A stretch of DNA of 32,000 nucleotides from an uncultured Lentisphaeria bacterium (GTDB lineage Bacteria; Verrucomicrobiota; Lentisphaeria; JABSQK01; JAJFLO01): NCBI GenBank assembly GCA_951812855.1, contig OX638337.1:450001-482000 (forward strand), read 5' to 3'. Made by a program: the position numbers and the translations under genes. The notes beneath the pieces are model-generated. The model made no database searches, was not told the origin of the DNA, and worked only from the letters and a program-made list of their open reading frames with translations. This document shows positions 28,008 to 32,000 of the stretch, piece by piece (the stretch's first letter is position 1; each line of letters begins with the position of its first letter).

Positions 28008-28096
28008 TTTCGATATGTTGGTTATGTTTAATACGCTATAGACCGCAGAAAATTATAAACAAAGAGATCTCATACTATTGAGTAAACTCTCTAAAT

Positions 28097-29494
28097 TCAT
28101 TTCTCATCAGCCAATGGATGAGGGCTTGGCAGCAACACTGAGTCGGGTTGCTCAGATAATAATAATCGTTCAAGTCTGTCGACCATCGAATGTCCAAGTA
28201 CATGTTCAATCTGATCTGCATCTCTATCGACCTTTCCAGGTGCCAGTTCGGCATAAAATATTAAATATGTTTCCCATAATCGATGATTTCTTACGATCCG
28301 TTTTGCTTCAACGAACCCATCTTCTGTGAAATGATATTTATCATCTGCACCTCGGTAAACGAGGTCATCGGATATGGCTTCAGCTAAGAGTTTTAACAAT
28401 TTCCTTTTTGACCATGAACGATCTGAAAGCAGGTAATCCAAGGTAATTCCGGGCCGTTGGGAACACTTTTTCAGTTGGGTATCCAACAAATTTTTATCAA
28501 AATTTTCAATCCCTTCACAGATTGATCTCAGTAGATGTTGTCGCGACACTTTCTTCTCCAACTTCCAGGACATGAAGTATCGAATACACAACCCTCGAGA
28601 ATATCCAAAAAATAAGCTGACAGAAAAAATGAATGAAGAAACAAGAACAATGATCGCCCCGGCAGGAAGTTTTTCAAAAAGTGCACTCAGAATGGCACCA
28701 AACAATCCACTTGCAGCACCAATGACAGCTGCTATAATTACCATTCTAAATAGTGAATCTGTCCAGAATCGAGCAGAAGCTGCCGGTATAACCATAATCG
28801 CAATGATAAGAATCAGCCCTACAGACTGCAGACCGATAACCGTAACAGAAACGACCAGAAGCATCATCGCAATATCCAGCCTGACAGTCGGCCACCCCTG
28901 GGTCCCGGCATAGTCTTGATCGAAACATAAAATAGAAAATTCCTTGAAAAGGAACAGACATAATACCACAATGATCATTGCAGTTCCGGCAATTAAGTAT
29001 GCATCCCGGGTCAGCATTGATGCAGTCTTTCCATATATAAATGATTCCAAACCCGCAGCACTGCCCTTGCTCATCTTTTGGATAATACCCAGAATTGATA
29101 CACCAATACCGAAAAATACACTCAAAACAATTCCGAGAGCGGCATCTTCTTTTAAATGACTTGTCTGTGTGATTAATAATATTAATCCCATTCCGGTGAT
29201 CCCGGATAAAAATGCTCCGGACAACAGCCCGGGAAGAAACTTTCCATCACCGCCATTTGCGACCATAATCATAAATGCTATTGCAATGCCCGGTAATGTT
29301 GCGTGGCTCACAGCATCTCCCATTAACGATCGTTTTCGTAATAACATGAATGTACCAATTATTCCCCCGGCAAGTCCCAGCAGCATAACACCGACAATGA
29401 CCAGCCGCGTATTATAATCTTTCAATAATAACACGCGCATTAAATCCGTACGCTCCGGCAATTGAGAGTAAATGTTCAAGAGGATTTTATTCAT
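28097..29494 (-). CDS. Metal ABC transporter permease (ABC-3/TroC/YtgC position) fused to a C-terminal DtxR-like repressor domain (about 28097-28564)
   Basis: Permease core (MGDAVSHATLPG, GLQSVGLILIIAIMVIPAASA), then a tail: SRQHLLRSICEGIE, ITLDYLLSDRSWSKRKLLKLLAEAISDDLVYR, FTEDGFVEAKRIVRNHRLWETYL, DRDADQIEHV, PSPHP. I chose the ATG at 29494, which gives an ATGAATAA start/stop overlap with the upstream ATPase (stop at 29487-29489). The ORF-track start at 29536 would overlap by 50 nt. Confidence 0.85.
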   Translation of the reverse strand: MNKILLNIYSQLPERTDLMRVLLLKDYNTRLVIVGVMLLGLAGGIIGTFMLLRKRSLMGDAVSHATLPGIAIAFMIMVANGGDGKFLPGLLSGAFLSGITGMGLILLITQTSHLKEDAALGIVLSVFFGIGVSILGIIQKMSKGSAAGLESFIYGKTASMLTRDAYLIAGTAMIIVVLCLFLFKEFSILCFDQDYAGTQGWPTVRLDIAMMLLVVSVTVIGLQSVGLILIIAIMVIPAASARFWTDSLFRMVIIAAVIGAASGLFGAILSALFEKLPAGAIIVLVSSFIFSVSLFFGYSRGLCIRYFMSWKLEKKVSRQHLLRSICEGIENFDKNLLDTQLKKCSQRPGITLDYLLSDRSWSKRKLLKLLAEAISDDLVYRGADDKYHFTEDGFVEAKRIVRNHRLWETYLIFYAELAPGKVDRDADQIEHVLGHSMVDRLERLLLSEQPDSVLLPSPHPLADEK

Positions 29495-30284
29495 GAATTC
29501 TCGCTTCCCGGGTATAGGCTTGAACAGCTTCTTCAAGCAGGGTTAAACGGCCGCCATAAGTCTTGTGTAGATTTTCCTGGGTGAAAACATTCTTTGTTAA
29601 ACCGGTGGCAACGATGCGCATATTCAGCATGATTAAACTATCAAAATACTGTTTCACGGTCTGTAGAGTATGATGAACAATTAATACCGTTTTACCTTTT
29701 GATTTCAGATCATGCAGAATGGTGACAATCGCTTTTTCAGTTGCAGCATCAACCCCGACAAAGGGTTCATCCATAAAGTAAATTTGTGCATCCTGAGCAA
29801 GGGCGCGCGCCAAAAAAATACGTTGCTGCTGTCCGCCCGACAACTGGCTGATTTGACGATGGGCATAATCTGCCATACCCACACGTTCCATAGCAAACAT
29901 TGCCAGATTTTTATAATGTTTAGTTACCGGTTTACACCATCCAATTTTCCCGTACAACCCCATAGAAACAACATCAAGGGCATTGACAGGAAAATCCCAA
30001 TCAACACTTTCCCGTTGAGGGACATAGCCGACAAGTGAGCGTTGTTTTTTGTAAATTTCCCCGTAAATCAAAATTCTGCCGGAAGTTTTAGGCACCAAAC
30101 CCAGAATAGCCTTTATCAGTGTACTCTTCCCGGCCCCGTTGGGGCCGATAATCCCGATAACCTGTCCTTCTTCAACCTCAAAATCAATATCCCACAACAC
30201 CGGTTTATGCTGATAGGCTACTGTTAAATCATGGACCAAAACCGGAATTTTACTTACGTTCTCAACATTGTGTATTCCATTCAT
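29487..30284 (-). CDS. Metal ABC transporter ATP-binding protein (TroB/ZnuC/YtgB-like)
   Basis: Walker A GPNGAGKST, Q-loop, signature LSGGQQQR, Walker B IYFMDEP, H-loop VHHTL. The size (265 aa) and operon position are typical. Confidence 0.93.
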   Translation of the reverse strand: MNGIHNVENVSKIPVLVHDLTVAYQHKPVLWDIDFEVEEGQVIGIIGPNGAGKSTLIKAILGLVPKTSGRILIYGEIYKKQRSLVGYVPQRESVDWDFPVNALDVVSMGLYGKIGWCKPVTKHYKNLAMFAMERVGMADYAHRQISQLSGGQQQRIFLARALAQDAQIYFMDEPFVGVDAATEKAIVTILHDLKSKGKTVLIVHHTLQTVKQYFDSLIMLNMRIVATGLTKNVFTQENLHKTYGGRLTLLEEAVQAYTREARIHE

Positions 30285-30291
30285 ATAAAAA

Positions 30292-31287
30292 TCAATGATT
30301 TGATTTTAGTATTAATTTCCCATGCATACCCTTTTCAGGCGCGAATCCACCCAAAGCATTGGTAATGGTTGTTACATTATGATCAATCATACCGATATAA
30401 GTCCCCTCGTATGATCCCGCTTCTCCCATAGCATCAGAATATAATGTCCCCCCAATCTTAATTATTTTTCCCTTCTCAGCAGCCCCCTCAATGAGTGCCT
30501 TTACATTCTTACTTGCAACACTGGTTTCAACGAATACGGCTTTAACATCACGCGTTACAATCAGGTCAATTAAATTATTGATATCTCTTAATCCGGCCTC
30601 CGATTCTGTTGAAATTCCCTGGATCCCCATCACGTCAATCCCATAGGCACGCCCGAAATAGTTAAATGCATCGTGTGCTGTAACGAGCACCCTGCCGGAT
30701 TCAGGAATAGAAGCAATGGATGTTACGGCATAGTCATTAAGTGTATTTAACTGTTTTATATAGGTATCTGCATTTTTTAAATAATAGGATGAGTTCTTCG
30801 GGTTGAATTCAGTTAATGATGTTGCGACCGCCTCAACAGCTCTGATCCATCCCCTGACATCCATCCATACATGGGGATCATAATGTCCTGAAAACTCAGG
30901 TGGCTCTAAAAGGTATTGTTCATCAATTAATTCAGTTACAGCATAAACAGGCTTCCCTTCAGCAGCAACTTTTATGAGTATATCTGCCATCTTCCCTTCC
31001 AGTGACAAGCCGGAATAAAAGATTATATCAGCATCCAAAAATTTGGCAACATCTCCGCGAGTTGGTTTATACAGATGGGGATCGACTCCCTCACCGATAA
31101 TATTGATGACTTCTGCTTTGTCCCCGGCAACATGTTTAACAATATCACCAACCATAGCAACCGTTGTTACAATTTTATATTCACCGGCTTCAGAAAATTC
31201 AGATTTACCAGGATTTCCAGATTTTCCGCATCCATTACTCAATATCATCAAAGCGATCAAAATCAGAAAAAAACGGAATTGTTTCAT
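30292..31287 (-). CDS. Metal ABC transporter substrate-binding lipoprotein (cluster A-I, TroA/ZnuA/YtgA family)
   Basis: Signal peptide with a lipobox-like LSNGC. Also GVDPHLY, YDPHVWMD, VTAHDAFNYF and LYSDAMG, the four metal-ligand segments of TroA/ZnuA/PsaA-type proteins. Confidence 0.92.
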   Translation of the reverse strand: MKQFRFFLILIALMILSNGCGKSGNPGKSEFSEAGEYKIVTTVAMVGDIVKHVAGDKAEVINIIGEGVDPHLYKPTRGDVAKFLDADIIFYSGLSLEGKMADILIKVAAEGKPVYAVTELIDEQYLLEPPEFSGHYDPHVWMDVRGWIRAVEAVATSLTEFNPKNSSYYLKNADTYIKQLNTLNDYAVTSIASIPESGRVLVTAHDAFNYFGRAYGIDVMGIQGISTESEAGLRDINNLIDLIVTRDVKAVFVETSVASKNVKALIEGAAEKGKIIKIGGTLYSDAMGEAGSYEGTYIGMIDHNVTTITNALGGFAPEKGMHGKLILKSNH

Positions 31288-31347
31288 TGGTCTACTTTCT
31301 ATATAGATGCAAACATTATTCTATAAATGAAATTTTTAATTTTATAT

Positions 31348-31369
31348 ACTAAAAATATGTATTTTTAGT
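31348..31369. promoter_or_regulatory. Candidate DtxR-family operator: perfect 10-bp inverted repeat with a 2-bp spacer
   Basis: actaaaaata (31348-31357), tg, tatttttagt (31360-31369). It lies in the 204-bp divergent intergenic region between the ABC operon and the free-standing dtxR-like gene, 61 nt upstream of the SBP start codon. Confidence 0.4.
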
Positions 31370-31491
31370 AATCGAAATAAAATTGATGCCATTATAATAA
31401 TTATTTTTTTGATTTTTGCAAAACAAATTGTACCGTTTATAGAAATTTTCGATATTTAAAGAAAACGAACCTCGTCTAAACGGTAAAAAAG

Positions 31492-32000
31492 ATGCCCAGC
31501 AGTACTGTTGAAAATTATTTAAAACAGATTTTTCTAGAGCAGCAAAAAAATTGCAACGATATCGTTGCAATGGGAAAATTAGCTGAAAGAATGGGGGTAT
31601 CACCCGGCACGGCAACATCAATGGTGAAATTACTCAGTAAATCTGAATTAGTTAACTATGAACCACGTAACGGCAGTAAATTGACACCGAAAGGAAGTGA
31701 ACTTGCAATTCATGTTTTACGCCGCCATCGACTCATTGAACTGTTCCTGGTACAAGAATTAGGACTTGACTGGTCCGAGGTCCATGAAGAAGCAGAAGCT
31801 CTGGAACATGCGATTTCCGAACAGGTATTAGAAAAAATTGATAAAAAATTAGGACACCCCGGCGTTGATCCGCACGGTGACCCGATTCCATCAGCCGAAG
31901 GAAAAATTAAAAAGAAAAAACTTGTAAATCTGGCGGATTGCAGGGCCGGTCAAACTACAATAATTGGCAGAATACTTGACCAAAATAGTGAGTTTTTAAA
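31492..32000 (+). CDS. DtxR/MntR/TroR-family metal-dependent transcriptional repressor (free-standing; 3' end outside the window)
   Basis: Not in the ORF track because it runs off the window. My translation: MPSSTVENYLKQIFLEQQKNCNDIVAMGKLAERMGVSPGTATSMVKLLSKSELVNYEPRNGSKLTPKGSELAIHVLRRHRLIELFLVQELGLDWSEVHEEAEALEHAISEQVLEKIDKKLGHPGVDPHGDPIPSAEG...LADCRAGQTTIIGRILDQNSEFL. H79, E83, H98, E102, E105 and H106 fall exactly on DtxR numbering. The end enters the SH3/FeoA-like domain. Confidence 0.9.
   Translation, partial: MPSSTVENYLKQIFLEQQKNCNDIVAMGKLAERMGVSPGTATSMVKLLSKSELVNYEPRNGSKLTPKGSELAIHVLRRHRLIELFLVQELGLDWSEVHEEAEALEHAISEQVLEKIDKKLGHPGVDPHGDPIPSAEGKIKKKKLVNLADCRAGQTTIIGRILDQNSEFL

Noticed and set aside
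28065-28072. 8-bp perfect palindrome gagatctc in the 89-bp gap between the two permease genes as an internal operator
   Set aside because: It is too short to distinguish from chance and does not resemble the 22-bp palindrome upstream of the operon.
31349-31621. 90-aa minus-strand ORF across the divergent intergenic region
   Set aside because: It overlaps the start of the clearly homologous DtxR-family gene on the opposite strand and the AT-rich promoter region. Its product has no recognisable features.
1-32000. Search for CRISPR repeats, transposases or integrases, toxin-antitoxin pairs, restriction-modification or other defence modules, and long direct or tandem repeats
   Set aside because: No ORF shows recombinase, nuclease or methylase motifs that I recognise, and I saw no regularly spaced repeats. 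The tRNA-Leu gene is not followed by an integrase or a direct repeat of its 3' end. The window looks like core chromosome.

Overview
AT-rich, gene-dense bacterial chromosomal segment. I saw no rRNA, CRISPR array, transposase, integrase or obvious defence island. Most genes are housekeeping: RluA-family pseudouridine synthase (5' truncated), mfd, a compact sigma-70 factor followed by rpsU, tRNA-Leu(CAA), a GT4 glycosyltransferase, an IscA/small-ORF/Nfu Fe-S carrier operon, lpdA, a GspG-like pseudopilin, comM/yifB, tmk-holB, hisI-hisG, an ArnT-like GT-C membrane protein, folC, an FtsQ-like protein and hemB. The pseudopilin with an FTLIE motif and the Chlamydia-YtgCR-like permease-repressor fusion suggest a PVC-superphylum or related uncultivated lineage; this is inference only. 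Main findings: (1) a TroA/Ytg-type metal ABC importer (26703-31287, minus strand) in which both permeases carry C-terminal DtxR-like repressor domains. A third, free-standing DtxR/MntR gene is transcribed divergently (31492 to window end), across an intergenic region holding a perfect 10+10 bp inverted repeat. (2) A 711-aa HemC-CobA(SUMT)-HemD triple fusion whose HemC part appears to lack the cofactor-binding C-terminal domain. (3) A G+C-rich, helix-forming, apparently non-coding island between convergent genes (about 2016-2337) that I could not assign to a known RNA family. All protein calls come from reading the supplied translations for family motifs; no database search was possible.
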